DNA of 64,000 bases from Alphaproteobacteria bacterium (lineage in GTDB: Bacteria > Pseudomonadota > Alphaproteobacteria > RF32 > CAG-239). The stretch lies in assembly GCA_017484225.1 (NCBI GenBank), contig JAFUTN010000028.1:6175-70174 (forward strand). The letters run 5' to 3'. The notes beneath the pieces were generated by a model, which searched no databases, had not been told where the DNA came from, and was given only the letters and a program-made list of their open reading frames with translations. Below, piece by piece: positions 20,004 to 30,435 of this stretch. The translations under genes were made by a program, and so were the position numbers. Numbering within the stretch: the first letter of the stretch is position 1; each line of letters opens with the position of its first letter.

Positions 20004-20075
20004 ATAAATAGTCCTTTCTGAAAATAAAATCAGAAATCAGTATATTTGCCGGTAGTTTAAAAATTTATAAAAAAA

Positions 20076-20786
20076 TTATTCTTCCACATCTTTTTGTTTG
20101 CGGAAAAATTGCTTACGCTCTTTCCGTGTCATTGACCAGATATTGCCAAGTCCGTTAATCGGCTGCACGGTATATAAGGATTCAAAATCAAAATTGCGGC
20201 TGAAAAATACGGAAGTTGCCTTAGTATAGTTATTCATAGGGCAAAATCCGTAAAAATCAACTTGCAGCAAATTTGCATCTCGCAAATTTTTAACCGCATC
20301 AACATATTCTTTGCTGGTGTTTATTCTGTCGCTGTCATCTAAAATAATCATTCCGCCGTCGTTGAGACATTTTACGGCATTAGCGGCACATTCTGCCCTT
20401 CGTTTGCCGTCTACAACAATCACGTCATATTTTTCGTTGTCGGAAAAAATTGCTTCGGGATACCCTTGCTTTTCGTCATAATAACGCATTTGCCAATTAG
20501 GTGCGGAAAATTCGCCGGAAAATTTTGCATACCATTCCGGTTTGTCTTCAATGCTTATAACTTTTTTTGCCCGTTTTGCCCAATACATTGAAGAATATCC
20601 GGTGCCGAACTCAAAAACACTTTTTTCGGAGTAGTCAAATTGCGAAAGATATTCTATTGCCGGATAAGTATACCACGGAATCGGGTTGCCGTCACGGTCA
20701 ACGCAAACTTTTTCATTCATACTGCGCTCAATGGCGAAGTCTTTGCGCCACATTTCTATAAATTGTTGGAATCTTTCGCTATACAT
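20076..20786 (-). CDS. Class I SAM-dependent methyltransferase
   Basis: PWYTYPAIE, VFEFGTGYSS, YDVIVVDG..R, GGMIILDDSDR. Confidence 0.85.
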   Translation of the reverse strand: MYSERFQQFIEMWRKDFAIERSMNEKVCVDRDGNPIPWYTYPAIEYLSQFDYSEKSVFEFGTGYSSMYWAKRAKKVISIEDKPEWYAKFSGEFSAPNWQMRYYDEKQGYPEAIFSDNEKYDVIVVDGKRRAECAANAVKCLNDGGMIILDDSDRINTSKEYVDAVKNLRDANLLQVDFYGFCPMNNYTKATSVFFSRNFDFESLYTVQPINGLGNIWSMTRKERKQFFRKQKDVEE

Positions 20787-20924
20787 TTTGCCCTCTTTTT
20801 TGTTGTTGAATATACCAAAAATATTTAAAAGCCAAGTAAATTATAAAATCATGGCAAAATTTATTGATTTTTTTTGCAAAAAATCCTATATTTTCAAGAG
20901 GAGTTATTTTAAGGAGAAAATTAG

Positions 20925-21656
20925 ATGTTTGAAACAAAAGATTTGACTGAAACCAGAGCCGTTGAGATGGTTGATGAAGGCTTGCGCCAATATATGATAA
21001 AAATTTTTAATTATATGTGCGTAGGTTTGTGCATTACGGCACTCGGCGCATGGATTGGGGCCAATACCCCGTTGATAGGTATGATGTTCCGCGTGAATGA
21101 GGCAGCCAACACAATTTCGCTGTCTGCTTTGGGGTGGATTATTACTTTGGCACCGTTGGCGATGGTTATTGCTTTTAATGTGATGATGACACGTGCTTCA
21201 TCTTCGTCTTTGCAGCTGATGTTTTGGGCATTTTCAGCCGTTATGGGCTTGTCTATGTCTAACATTTTGATAGTTTATACCGCTTCAAGCATTACCAGAG
21301 TATTTTTGATTACCGCCGCAACTTTCGGAGCAATGAGCTTATACGGATATTCCACTAAGCGTGATTTAACCGCCATGGGGTCGTTTATGATTATGGGATT
21401 GTGGGGACTGATTATTGCCAGTTTGGTTAATATCTTTTTGCAAAGCACCGGATTGTATTATGCCTTGTCATACCTTTCCGTTGTTGTTTTTGTCGGCTTA
21501 ACGGCATACGATATGCAAAAATTAAAGTCTTTATATTATTCAACCGGAGAAGGCGAGTTCCGTAACAAAGTGGCAATTTCCGGAGCCTTGGAATTGTATT
21601 TGGACTTTATCAATTTATTTATTTCTTTGTTGCGTATTATGGGCGACAGAAGATAA
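20925..21656 (+). CDS. Bax inhibitor-1/YccA family membrane protein
   Basis: DEGLRQYM, YGYSTKRDL, GLTAYD.Q.LK, GAL.LYLDFINLF. Confidence 0.93.
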   Translation: MFETKDLTETRAVEMVDEGLRQYMIKIFNYMCVGLCITALGAWIGANTPLIGMMFRVNEAANTISLSALGWIITLAPLAMVIAFNVMMTRASSSSLQLMFWAFSAVMGLSMSNILIVYTASSITRVFLITAATFGAMSLYGYSTKRDLTAMGSFMIMGLWGLIIASLVNIFLQSTGLYYALSYLSVVVFVGLTAYDMQKLKSLYYSTGEGEFRNKVAISGALELYLDFINLFISLLRIMGDRR

Positions 21657-21675
21657 ATCGCAAAATTTTAGAGTG

Positions 21676-21706
21676 AAAACAGGTGCTTTGGCACCTGTTT
21701 TTTTTT
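21676..21706. terminator. Bidirectional terminator
   Basis: AAAACAGGTGC-N4-GCACCTGTTTT. Confidence 0.85.
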
Positions 21707-21717
21707 GTTGCTTTAAA

Positions 21718-22488
21718 TTACTCAAAAATCCACTCAATGAGGTTTTCATTATCATCAGATGTTGCCGCATCTGCTTCTTGCAAAGAATAACGTGTGCGCA
21801 AACAATATCCGAAGTAAGAAGAATAATTGTCATTGCATTTGTCAACGCATCCTTCACCGGTTTGAAAGACTTTATTACCGCAATTTAAGCAAACATAACT
21901 GTTACATCCTGCAATTTTTGTGCCGGCAAATGCTTTTTCATTTATATTTGATGATTCATTTAATTCGGCATATTCAAGCAAGTGCGAATTGCGGAAAGCA
22001 TTGTCGGCCAATGTTTGTATGGATGGTAAGTAAATATTTTTCAATTTGGATTGCAAAAATCCGTCAGTTTCAATGGTTTCTACTTCAGGCATATCTATGT
22101 TTGATAAAGAGTAGGCATAAGCAAATGCGTCCATACCGATATCCTTTACATTTTTCATACCTGTCACGGTTTGTAAGTTGGTTGCATTTTGGAAGGCATC
22201 TTTGCCGATATTTACAATATTATCGTCAACAACCAAATGCTTTATTTGTGATAAATTGTTTTCCCAAGGACGGTTTCCGTCACCACAAGGGATACCGTTA
22301 CAATCATAATCAGCCATTGCCACATTTCCGCTGTTTGCCTTTGCATAAACGGTCATAGTGCCGCTTTCATCTAAACGCCACAGGCATGTTCCTTCACTGT
22401 TACACACTCCTGTTGTTTCCGCTAAACCGGAATTAATACCTAAAATAAATAAAATCGGCATTTGTAAAAAAATTTTTTTGCATATCAT
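21718..22488 (-). CDS. Secreted BspA-type leucine-rich repeat protein with conserved C-terminal tail
   Basis: Signal peptide, G.C....C.W.L...G cap, IG.DAF/L..V repeats and a Cys-rich region; ends QEADAATSDDNENLIEWIFE; likely start is ATG 22488. Confidence 0.85.
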   Translation of the reverse strand: MICKKIFLQMPILFILGINSGLAETTGVCNSEGTCLWRLDESGTMTVYAKANSGNVAMADYDCNGIPCGDGNRPWENNLSQIKHLVVDDNIVNIGKDAFQNATNLQTVTGMKNVKDIGMDAFAYAYSLSNIDMPEVETIETDGFLQSKLKNIYLPSIQTLADNAFRNSHLLEYAELNESSNINEKAFAGTKIAGCNSYVCLNCGNKVFQTGEGCVDKCNDNYSSYFGYCLRTRYSLQEADAATSDDNENLIEWIFE

Positions 22489-22522
22489 CTTCAGCACCCT
22501 TTCATAAACTTCAAAAAACAAT

Positions 22523-22762
22523 AAAAAATCCCGCTTAAAAAAACGGGCGGATGTTGAGAAACCATACAAATAACAAGATGGCTCGGCGATTTCGTGCCTA
22601 TAGCCTTATAACACCGACATCCGTCCAGATTACGAACGAATTATCGGTAAAACCGTGATTGCCGCAATTTCGCGGCAGTTATTTGTTAAGGGTTCTCACG
22701 CCCCGGAGTGTGTTTTTTCGCATACTCCGAATTTATGATAGCAAAATTAATCAGCTTTGCAA
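22523..22762 (-). ncRNA. Structured leader/attenuator, copy 2 (C4/CI-like architecture)
   Basis: TTGCAA-N16-TATCAT promoter; box A 22678-22698 pairs with 22555-22574; box B 22617-22626 pairs with 22545-22554; terminator 22530-22547 plus U tract. Confidence 0.7.
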
Positions 22763-22789
22763 ATAAAAAAATAAATGAAAAGCATATTT

Positions 22790-24745
22790 TCAACCGGATG
22801 TTTTAGAGCCGTGCTTATGATATTCTTTCAAGACATTTTCGGTAATTGCTTGCATTAATTCTTTGCCGTTAGCCTGCATTTTGGCAAATGCTTTTTCTTC
22901 CGACTTACTTTTGGTCAGCCACTCCATATCGGAAATTATGTCCGTTTTTGAATCTTTTGCACGCTCAAATCCGTTTTGTAAAAAGTTGCGTGCCAGTTTG
23001 ATTGCTAAAATTCCGGCCTTAGATGTGGCGGCAACAGGCCGCAAACTGCAAAAATTATGTTCATCTTCATCAGAACCGTTATATTTTTTATTATCAGCAC
23101 CAAACATTCTGTTAACCAGAATAAAACGCCCCTGTTTTTCCGGAAAATAGCTGAGTGGAATTATTTTTCCTTTTCCGACCATTTTGCGGATTTGCTGTTC
23201 AAAAAAGTTTCCGTGAGTAACATTGTTGTCTTGAGCGGAAACAATCGCCAGCAAATTAGACTTGGAAACACCCAGCGGACAGTGTGGGCTGATTGCCAAC
23301 ACTTGCATTTGTTTTTGAATAAACAAGCGTTCATCTTCTTTATATCCGAGTTGTTCCATTTTTTGCAAACTCAGCTCTTCAAGTTTTAAAGTCACATACG
23401 CTCCAAAACAGTGCGCCCAAATCTTAAATTTTGCCATTCTGGAGGCAGCATCATTTGTTTCGCGGCGATTTTTGCCGTTGTTTTGAGAAATGCGCGGCAA
23501 AATAAATGTCTCAAATAACTTCCTGATAAACTGTGGGTTCTTTGTTTCTTCACTTATTTGAGAAAAGTATTCGGCATTATATTTTACGTGGCCATAGTCA
23601 CTCATTTGTCTTCCCAAGGCTTTTTTTTCATCAAATAAGTCTCCGAAGTCGTAAGCAACACCATAAACGGAAACTTCTTTTTCCATCCGCAAGTCTTTTA
23701 AAAATTCAAAAGCACGTTTGGCATATCCGTTGGCCGCTTCATCTTTCAAGGCCGTATCACCGCCAATGGTTAAAAAACATATTTCGTCATCTTTAACGGA
23801 ATCAATGTATTTATAATCATAAGGATTCTTTTCTGCCGGATCGGTTCTTTTCCCTATTTGCGCGCGGCTGCCGAGTGATTGTTGGTCATTCAGCAATTTT
23901 GCCGCACTGCGGCGTGATACGGAGTTATTTTCTGCGTATGTTAAGGCTTCTTTGGCAAAGGTTTCTGCCAGAGAGCGAAATTTAGGCAGTTCCTCAATAA
24001 TGGATTCCATTGCCTTGTAATATTTGTTCAGCAGGCTGCTGTCACGCGGTTTACGCTGCACGCGAGCATGCATACAGCTTAAGACTTCTTCGGTTTTTAC
24101 CTCATCAATCACGGCAAATTCAGCCATGGTCTCCATATATTGTTCACACCAATCATTTTTATTTATGATTTTCAGGATATCATCTCCAAGTTCGGTATGT
24201 GATTTAAAAACCGTCGGCAATTTTCTGACAAAAGATTCCGTAAGCGTTGTATCACGCAGCGGAATAGAGAAAAGTTTGTTGAGTAGTTTCACGCATTTTT
24301 CGTCATCTTTAATTTTTGCAATTGCGGAAACGATTTGCAAATTAGTCCAAAAGTTTAAGTTATCTTTATTTTCGTTTAAGTATGCAATTCTGGATTCAAC
24401 AACATTTTCCAGCAATTCCGGATATTTTTTAACAATATTGTCTTGCGCAAACAGTGTAAATGAAAGCGGAAATTTTGTTACATCGGCAGTAACATCAAAG
24501 ACGTCACGATTATTTGTGTGTTCCTGCAAAGTTTCCCAAATGTCATAATATTCTTTTACCAAATCATGACAGTAGTCATTTTTCAGTATATGCACGAATT
24601 CTGTCTCAACATAAGCCGAAAATTCCGGATACACGCGCAGAGATTCATTCATTTTTACCAAATAGCCCTCTTGGCCTTCAAAATCAGCTGATTTGAAGTT
24701 TTCTAAAAAATCTCCGATAAAATGTAATGCTTCAGACTTGTTCAT
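22790..24745 (-). CDS. Hypothetical protein: helical N-terminus plus putative Cys-nucleophile alpha/beta-hydrolase domain
   Basis: TIGGD, WAHCFG elbow-like motif, later SAQD and DEH; no signal peptide; GAGG RBS. Confidence 0.7.
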   Translation of the reverse strand: MNKSEALHFIGDFLENFKSADFEGQEGYLVKMNESLRVYPEFSAYVETEFVHILKNDYCHDLVKEYYDIWETLQEHTNNRDVFDVTADVTKFPLSFTLFAQDNIVKKYPELLENVVESRIAYLNENKDNLNFWTNLQIVSAIAKIKDDEKCVKLLNKLFSIPLRDTTLTESFVRKLPTVFKSHTELGDDILKIINKNDWCEQYMETMAEFAVIDEVKTEEVLSCMHARVQRKPRDSSLLNKYYKAMESIIEELPKFRSLAETFAKEALTYAENNSVSRRSAAKLLNDQQSLGSRAQIGKRTDPAEKNPYDYKYIDSVKDDEICFLTIGGDTALKDEAANGYAKRAFEFLKDLRMEKEVSVYGVAYDFGDLFDEKKALGRQMSDYGHVKYNAEYFSQISEETKNPQFIRKLFETFILPRISQNNGKNRRETNDAASRMAKFKIWAHCFGAYVTLKLEELSLQKMEQLGYKEDERLFIQKQMQVLAISPHCPLGVSKSNLLAIVSAQDNNVTHGNFFEQQIRKMVGKGKIIPLSYFPEKQGRFILVNRMFGADNKKYNGSDEDEHNFCSLRPVAATSKAGILAIKLARNFLQNGFERAKDSKTDIISDMEWLTKSKSEEKAFAKMQANGKELMQAITENVLKEYHKHGSKTSG

Positions 24746-24796
24746 ATATACCTCTTTTAGACAAAAGTATAAGCCTTTTTGTAGAGAAAAGCAATA

Positions 24797-24823
24797 AAAA
24801 ACTCCGCATCAGGCGGAGTTTTT
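24797..24823 (-). terminator. Intrinsic terminator
   Basis: AAAAACTCCGC-N5-GCGGAGTTTTT. Confidence 0.8.
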
Positions 24824-24838
24824 CCAAAAAGTTGAAAA

Positions 24839-26149
24839 TCAATTTGCCTGATTTCCGGGGATTACCTTATTTTCTGCCTCCGGATTATATTCACCCACCT
24901 TATTTTTTTCAGCCGGTGCGGCGACGGTTTCAGATTTTTTCAGAGGCAACGGCAAAACTTTTACGCCCTCATAGTTCAGGGCTTCTTCCTGCTCCTTTTT
25001 CCATCTGGCATAGTCCTCTGCCTCTTTCTGACGCTTTATCTGCATTTCGGCCTTTGCCTGATCGTAATCTCTTGACGGGTGGTTGTAGCGGATAATCGTA
25101 TCCACATTTGGTGCCGGAGTTTTGTTAACCTTCGGTTCCGGTTTTTGCTCTGCTTGCGCAACCGCCGGTGCCACCGGTGCTGCTACGGTTTCTGTCGGCA
25201 GTGTTGCTGCAGAAACCGGTTGTTGCGGTGTAACATATCCTGCCGGTTGGATTTCCGGAGCGTAAGGTGCCGGTTGAGTTACCGGAGCATATCCGTAAGG
25301 AGCATATTCAACAGGTTGTGTTTGCGGCATAACAGGTTGAACGGTCGGTATCTGTTCCGGTGCAGGTTGCGTTTCCGGTTCTTTAGGCAAATCTTTCATT
25401 TTTACCGGCTGAAAATCTTTCGGATCCAGCGAAATGTCTTCCGGCAAACGCAAAATCATATATCCGGAACCTCCGCCGTATGCCGGTCCTGACATACCTA
25501 TAGAGTAGTATCCGCCGATATATCCGTAATCCAAATCAATGTAATCAATGGCAAACAGCGTTTTGATTGAGCTTGTTCCTATGGTTGTTAACTTACAGGT
25601 GTATCCGTTGTCCTCCATTATAACATTGCTGGCATTCTTAACATACAGCAATGTTTTGCTCGGGCGGCAAATCGGCGTTTGTCCGTTATAAGTCACATTC
25701 CAGTTAAGCATCAAATCAAGAGCCGAAGTATTTTCCGTGCTGATGTTTATGTCCGTAATTTTTACGTCATCCACATACATATATGCCGGAGTAATGCCAA
25801 CCTTAATCGGAACTGATAAATATTCTTCAGTGCAAGCATGAGTATTGTCATCAGCCTCACAAACTAAAGCTTTTTTGCGTGCATTGCTGTCAAGCATATG
25901 CAAAAGAGTGTTGTAAACATATTCTTTTGAGGTGGACAATTTTGCCGGTGCGCATTGTTTAGAACGGCACACTACAACGGAATTCGGCACTTTTAAACGA
26001 GGTTGTTCCACATTTTGAGCCTGATACTCCGGTAATTGTTGTTGCGGAGCTTGTTGATAAGCATTGTTGTATGCGGCGTTGTTTTCCGATGTCGGAACGC
26101 ATCCTAATAAACCGAAAAACGTAAGTATTCCTAACTTTTTTAACATCAT
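24839..26149 (-). CDS. Lipoprotein with a Cys-containing domain and a Pro/Gln/Ala-rich tail
   Basis: Lipobox LLGC; low-complexity P/A/Q region. Confidence 0.75.
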   Translation of the reverse strand: MMLKKLGILTFFGLLGCVPTSENNAAYNNAYQQAPQQQLPEYQAQNVEQPRLKVPNSVVVCRSKQCAPAKLSTSKEYVYNTLLHMLDSNARKKALVCEADDNTHACTEEYLSVPIKVGITPAYMYVDDVKITDINISTENTSALDLMLNWNVTYNGQTPICRPSKTLLYVKNASNVIMEDNGYTCKLTTIGTSSIKTLFAIDYIDLDYGYIGGYYSIGMSGPAYGGGSGYMILRLPEDISLDPKDFQPVKMKDLPKEPETQPAPEQIPTVQPVMPQTQPVEYAPYGYAPVTQPAPYAPEIQPAGYVTPQQPVSAATLPTETVAAPVAPAVAQAEQKPEPKVNKTPAPNVDTIIRYNHPSRDYDQAKAEMQIKRQKEAEDYARWKKEQEEALNYEGVKVLPLPLKKSETVAAPAEKNKVGEYNPEAENKVIPGNQAN

Positions 26150-26272
26150 GATACCTTTAAATCAGTTGCACTATTTTGCTTTGAATTTAGCAGGATTGTA
26201 TGAAAGAAAAGTAAACAAAATTGGTATTGCATAATTTTTTTTGCTGATTTATCATAAAATCCGCGAGGTTAC

Positions 26273-26734
26273 ATGAAGAAGTTTATAATTGTTTTTTTCT
26301 GTTTTAGTTTGCTGCCTTATAAATCGGTATTTGCCGAATATACGGCTATTGACGGTGATTCCATTGAATATTTCGGAGAACGTATACGTTTGCAGGGAAT
26401 TGATGCGCCGGAGTTATATCAAAAATGTTGGAACTCGTCCGGTGAAGAATATTTTTGTGGCTTGGAAGCTTTGCATTTTTTACAAGATAAAATTAAAAAC
26501 AAAAAAATCAGTTGTGAATGTGAGCAAAAAAACGATAAATACGGACGCAAACTGTGTGAATGTTTTGCTGCCTCAGAAAGTTTAAATGCCGAAATGGTTG
26601 AAAACGGATATGCCGTATCCTACAAAACGGAAAAATATTTATCTGCGGAAAAATCAGCATCCTCGGCTAAAAAAGGTATATGGCAGGGAAAATTTATGCG
26701 TCCCGCCATATACCGCGCACTAAACAGACATTGA
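26273..26734 (+). CDS. Thermonuclease (SNase) family protein, secreted
   Basis: IDGDSI, RIRLQGIDAPEL.Q.C, DKYGR.L, V.NGYA, GIWQG.F..P. Confidence 0.92.
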   Translation: MKKFIIVFFCFSLLPYKSVFAEYTAIDGDSIEYFGERIRLQGIDAPELYQKCWNSSGEEYFCGLEALHFLQDKIKNKKISCECEQKNDKYGRKLCECFAASESLNAEMVENGYAVSYKTEKYLSAEKSASSAKKGIWQGKFMRPAIYRALNRH

Positions 26735-26762
26735 AATCTTTGCAAACTCCGGCAGTTTCTTG

Positions 26763-28976
26763 CTATGCCACCGGTTCATCCGCTTCAAAGTTGTCTTCAT
26801 TTTCGGCTTCCGGATCATACTCAATACCGAGTTTAGCCAGCATATCATCATTAATATCTTCGCGCTGAGCAACAATCCAATCCGGAACATAAGGAGAAGG
26901 AGGAATTTTTGCTAATTTTTTCATATTTTTATCCAAATACCAACGCGGGGAATCTGCCATAATCGGACGGTCAATGTAACTTTGCATTAAAACAACCTGT
27001 TTAAGCATCGGCAAGCTCAGAAGCTGAGTTGAACTGATAACCGGCACACCTTGTAACTGGTAGTTAACGTTTTTCGCCAGCGGGTTAAAGTCTTTACCCA
27101 AACTTCCTTCCGTTCGGGAGAACGAAGAAACCTGAACTGTTTTGTTGCCCACCATCTTAGAAAAACGTTGGGCGGTAACCTCGTTGTTTTGCGAAAGAAT
27201 AACTTTGCAGGCAGTTGTAGATATAACTGTTTCCAAATCATCTTTACCGTATTTTCCGGAGATTTGTCCCAAGTCTTGTCCGATAAGTAAATACGAAACC
27301 TTTTGTCCGCGTCCCACTGCCGGACCGTCAATAATCGCTTTCATTTTCGGCATTTGCGGGAACTCGTCCAAGATAAACAGGGCAGGGAACGGCCCCATTT
27401 TTCCGTCAGTGCGGTTAACGTGATTAGGCGGATTGGAAATTAAATATGAACTCATCAATTCAATAAAGGTGCTGCTGATTACACCCAATGCTCTGGCATC
27501 AACCTGGTTAACCGAAAGATAAACGGAAATTGGCTTCCATTCACCGGTTACCGGATCTTTCATACCGCGCAAGTCCTTAAATTGAATATCCGAAAAACTT
27601 GTTCTGGCCTTAACCGCTTGGTTCTTAAACACGTTAATTCCGGAAAATGCCGTGGAAAGGATTGAGCCGCGCTCCTTATCCGGAGTATTACTCAGCGAAC
27701 TGAGTTCGGTAATACAACGTTGTGAATATCCATACATACGAGCTTCTTTTACCGCTTCTTCAAGCATATCGTGCGTAGGATCTGCCATTGCCGCCATTTG
27801 GTCGCCTTCGTCCATACGGCGCTGAATCTCTTGGGCGGCATTAATTTGTGCTTCGGTAATCCACTCCATAATCATGGCAATACATGCCTCTCGGCCAATC
27901 CATCTGGTTGGCAGCAAATTCCATGTTCCGATTGGCAAATAATTATCCATGGTCAGTGTTCCGTTTTTCAGGTTTTGAATGGCACGCGGTGCTGCCGGAT
28001 CCCGCATTTCGGAATAATAACCCTCTAAAACTTCTTTATCTTTTTCATCCAGCTTACCTTCATAAATACGACCGATAAAGTAGTCGTTTGCGCGGGCGCG
28101 ATCGCATTTTGATGCCACAAAGTGAATAAATCCGGTTAATGCGGCACGACCTGTTTTGGACCAGTGCGGATCAGCTCCGCCTTTCGGATCCTCCACCAAA
28201 ATATTACACATGGAATCCACATACATATCACGATCAGGGCCGACTTCCGGCATTGCATTAGGCGAAAGCGGATTCCAACTCGGATAATAAATACCCTCGC
28301 TCGGATTATCTTCGGCACCCCAGTTAATAACAAACACCGGACCAACCTTGGCGCGAGCGCCGGTTGTGGAATAACACAATTCCGGTTTCGGGTCATTTAC
28401 AACAATGCTCAGTTTTTCAGAGTGGAAAATGGTTGGAATAACTACTCCGGCCGTTTTACCGGTACCCGGAGGAGCGCAACAAAGAGTGGCAAGCGTTTCT
28501 TTTAACATCAGAAATTTACCGTCAAATTTTCCGACAACCTGACAGAAACCGTCAAATCCCAGTAAAGCCATTTTTTTAATATCCCGCAATTCGGCAATAC
28601 GCGCCGAACCGTGAATGTTTGTTTGAAATTTATACGGACTGAAAAGAGCGCTGATGATTAATCCTACCGGAATTGTGATGAACGGAAGTCCCGGAACCCA
28701 TAACGCCCACGAAAAATTACCTTTGTAATTAAACAACAGATGAAACCATTTTCCGTATATGTCAAACAAGTGCGACGGATTGGTTGAAATTGTGGAAATA
28801 ACTTTTTTTACGTATTCTGATGATGATTTTGATATTCCGTGTTCAATAAGATAGGCCAGAGGAAACGCAAAAATAAACAGTAAAATGGTTAAAACCAAAC
28901 AAATACAGAAGGTGATAAGCATCCACCTCACTGCCTGGTCATATTCTTTCCATTCTTCACCGCGCTCACGTGCCAT
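26763..28976 (-). CDS. virD4: Type IV secretion coupling protein, VirD4/TraG family
   Basis: N-terminal TMs, HGSARIA, Walker A APPGTGKT, DPKPEL, WNPL, Walker B FILDEF, QDL.QI...YG. Confidence 0.88.
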   Translation of the reverse strand: MARERGEEWKEYDQAVRWMLITFCICLVLTILLFIFAFPLAYLIEHGISKSSSEYVKKVISTISTNPSHLFDIYGKWFHLLFNYKGNFSWALWVPGLPFITIPVGLIISALFSPYKFQTNIHGSARIAELRDIKKMALLGFDGFCQVVGKFDGKFLMLKETLATLCCAPPGTGKTAGVVIPTIFHSEKLSIVVNDPKPELCYSTTGARAKVGPVFVINWGAEDNPSEGIYYPSWNPLSPNAMPEVGPDRDMYVDSMCNILVEDPKGGADPHWSKTGRAALTGFIHFVASKCDRARANDYFIGRIYEGKLDEKDKEVLEGYYSEMRDPAAPRAIQNLKNGTLTMDNYLPIGTWNLLPTRWIGREACIAMIMEWITEAQINAAQEIQRRMDEGDQMAAMADPTHDMLEEAVKEARMYGYSQRCITELSSLSNTPDKERGSILSTAFSGINVFKNQAVKARTSFSDIQFKDLRGMKDPVTGEWKPISVYLSVNQVDARALGVISSTFIELMSSYLISNPPNHVNRTDGKMGPFPALFILDEFPQMPKMKAIIDGPAVGRGQKVSYLLIGQDLGQISGKYGKDDLETVISTTACKVILSQNNEVTAQRFSKMVGNKTVQVSSFSRTEGSLGKDFNPLAKNVNYQLQGVPVISSTQLLSLPMLKQVVLMQSYIDRPIMADSPRWYLDKNMKKLAKIPPSPYVPDWIVAQREDINDDMLAKLGIEYDPEAENEDNFEADEPVA

Positions 28977-28988
28977 TATTATTCTCCG

Positions 28989-30383
28989 TTATTTTGAACT
29001 TTTTAACAATTTTCGTAAATTATTTAACTCGTCTTGAGAAAGACTTCCTTCCGCTTCCGGTATGGTTTTTGACAGCAGACGGATTTCCTTAGGCGCACCG
29101 CGATTAATGCGGGTAACTTCAATATTTAAATCATTCCAAATCTCAAACATATCATCGGCATTTATGATATTTGCCATCATGATAACGACATAAGGAACAA
29201 CTTCCAAATTAAAACCGGCATCTTCCAGTTTTGCTTCTATTTTCTTTCGGGCTATATCAATTTTTCTGACAGGAGAAACTCTGTGACTGTCTTCGGAAAA
29301 CCACAGCGGATCTTCACCGTTAAATAATTCTTCGTCAGCAAGCCAATCTCCGCTTTCTTTGTCAACTAAACACAGACAAATTTGAGAATCAGAAACACCG
29401 GCATACTCAATAACTGTGTCGCCGACCGTAATGTTGCTGATAATATCATATCCTTTTTGGTGCAAAACGTCATAAACAGGTCCGTTATTGAGATTTTGAG
29501 CAGATTCAGCTGATTTTTTATTTTGTTCGTCACGAGATTTTTTCTCCGGACGCTCATTTTGCTTTTCATCACGCTTTTTCTTCTTTGGCATTTTGTCAAA
29601 ATCATCATCTTCAAATTCAAAGTTTTCTGTTTTTCTTTTGGCTTGAGGCTGTTTTTTCGGACGCGGTTCCGGAGCAAGATCTTCATCAAAAACTTTTTTG
29701 GGAGCAGATTTTTTTGACGCCAAAATATCGGTTTTTTCAAAAGAATCAATATCTAAATCAAAATCGTCGTCGTCATCATCAAATTTAAACAAAGCATGGT
29801 CAATGGTTGCCGGAATATCTGTTTTTTGAACCTTATTGGCCACTCTTGCCGTTGCTGATGACAGAGAAGAAGACATGGTTTGTGCCGGTGTATAAGCCAA
29901 AGCCGGAGCAGCTGCCGGAGATGACGAAAGTGCCGGTTGCACCGTTCCGTAATCGGAAATAGGAACACGACTGTGACCGACTCCGAGCGGACGGATTTGT
30001 TTATAAGATTTGCGTTTAACCACACCGTATTTGTTGTTTGTGGTAATCACGTTTATCGGAGCTTTGATGAAACGGCGATACAATTTAACCGGTAGCATTA
30101 ATATGTCGGCAATAATATCTTCCCATGAAACAAGGCATAAAGTCCACCAACCGGTAATCAACATCGGGAAAAACGTTATTAAAATCAGAATAAAAGCCCA
30201 TTCCTTGGGTGCGGAAATTTCCCAGCCGGCTTTCCACAAGTCAAAAAATTGCTGCCAATGGTCAGGCCAAAATATATCAAAATGCCAGTTGCAAAGCATG
30301 ATAACGCGAATGCCCTCAATGAAGACTATGCTCCACAGGCAGCCTACTATTATTATTCTTGCAAAGACCAATAACGGTTTCAC
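28989..30383 (-). CDS. Membrane protein with an acidic/Lys linker and a degenerate NERD/PD-(D/E)XK-like C-terminal domain
   Basis: Two TMs, poly-D linker and an alpha/beta C-terminal domain; the domain call is tentative. Confidence 0.6.
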   Translation of the reverse strand: MKPLLVFARIIIVGCLWSIVFIEGIRVIMLCNWHFDIFWPDHWQQFFDLWKAGWEISAPKEWAFILILITFFPMLITGWWTLCLVSWEDIIADILMLPVKLYRRFIKAPINVITTNNKYGVVKRKSYKQIRPLGVGHSRVPISDYGTVQPALSSSPAAAPALAYTPAQTMSSSLSSATARVANKVQKTDIPATIDHALFKFDDDDDDFDLDIDSFEKTDILASKKSAPKKVFDEDLAPEPRPKKQPQAKRKTENFEFEDDDFDKMPKKKKRDEKQNERPEKKSRDEQNKKSAESAQNLNNGPVYDVLHQKGYDIISNITVGDTVIEYAGVSDSQICLCLVDKESGDWLADEELFNGEDPLWFSEDSHRVSPVRKIDIARKKIEAKLEDAGFNLEVVPYVVIMMANIINADDMFEIWNDLNIEVTRINRGAPKEIRLLSKTIPEAEGSLSQDELNNLRKLLKSSK

Positions 30384-30435
30384 CGATTTTTCTCCATACT
30401 ATCTTGCCTTACTCTAACAGCAATTCGTTAACAAA

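Noticed and set aside
22489-22569. N-terminal extension of the first LRR ORF (MYGFSTSARFF...)
   Set aside because: It runs through anti-A/anti-B and the terminator; the signal peptide and RBS point to ATG 22488.
22523-22762. Known metabolite riboswitch (TPP, T-box, cobalamin) explanation for the leaders
   Set aside because: TGAGA appears in one copy only, the other conserved cores are missing, and the three copies conserve pairing rather than ligand-binding sequence.
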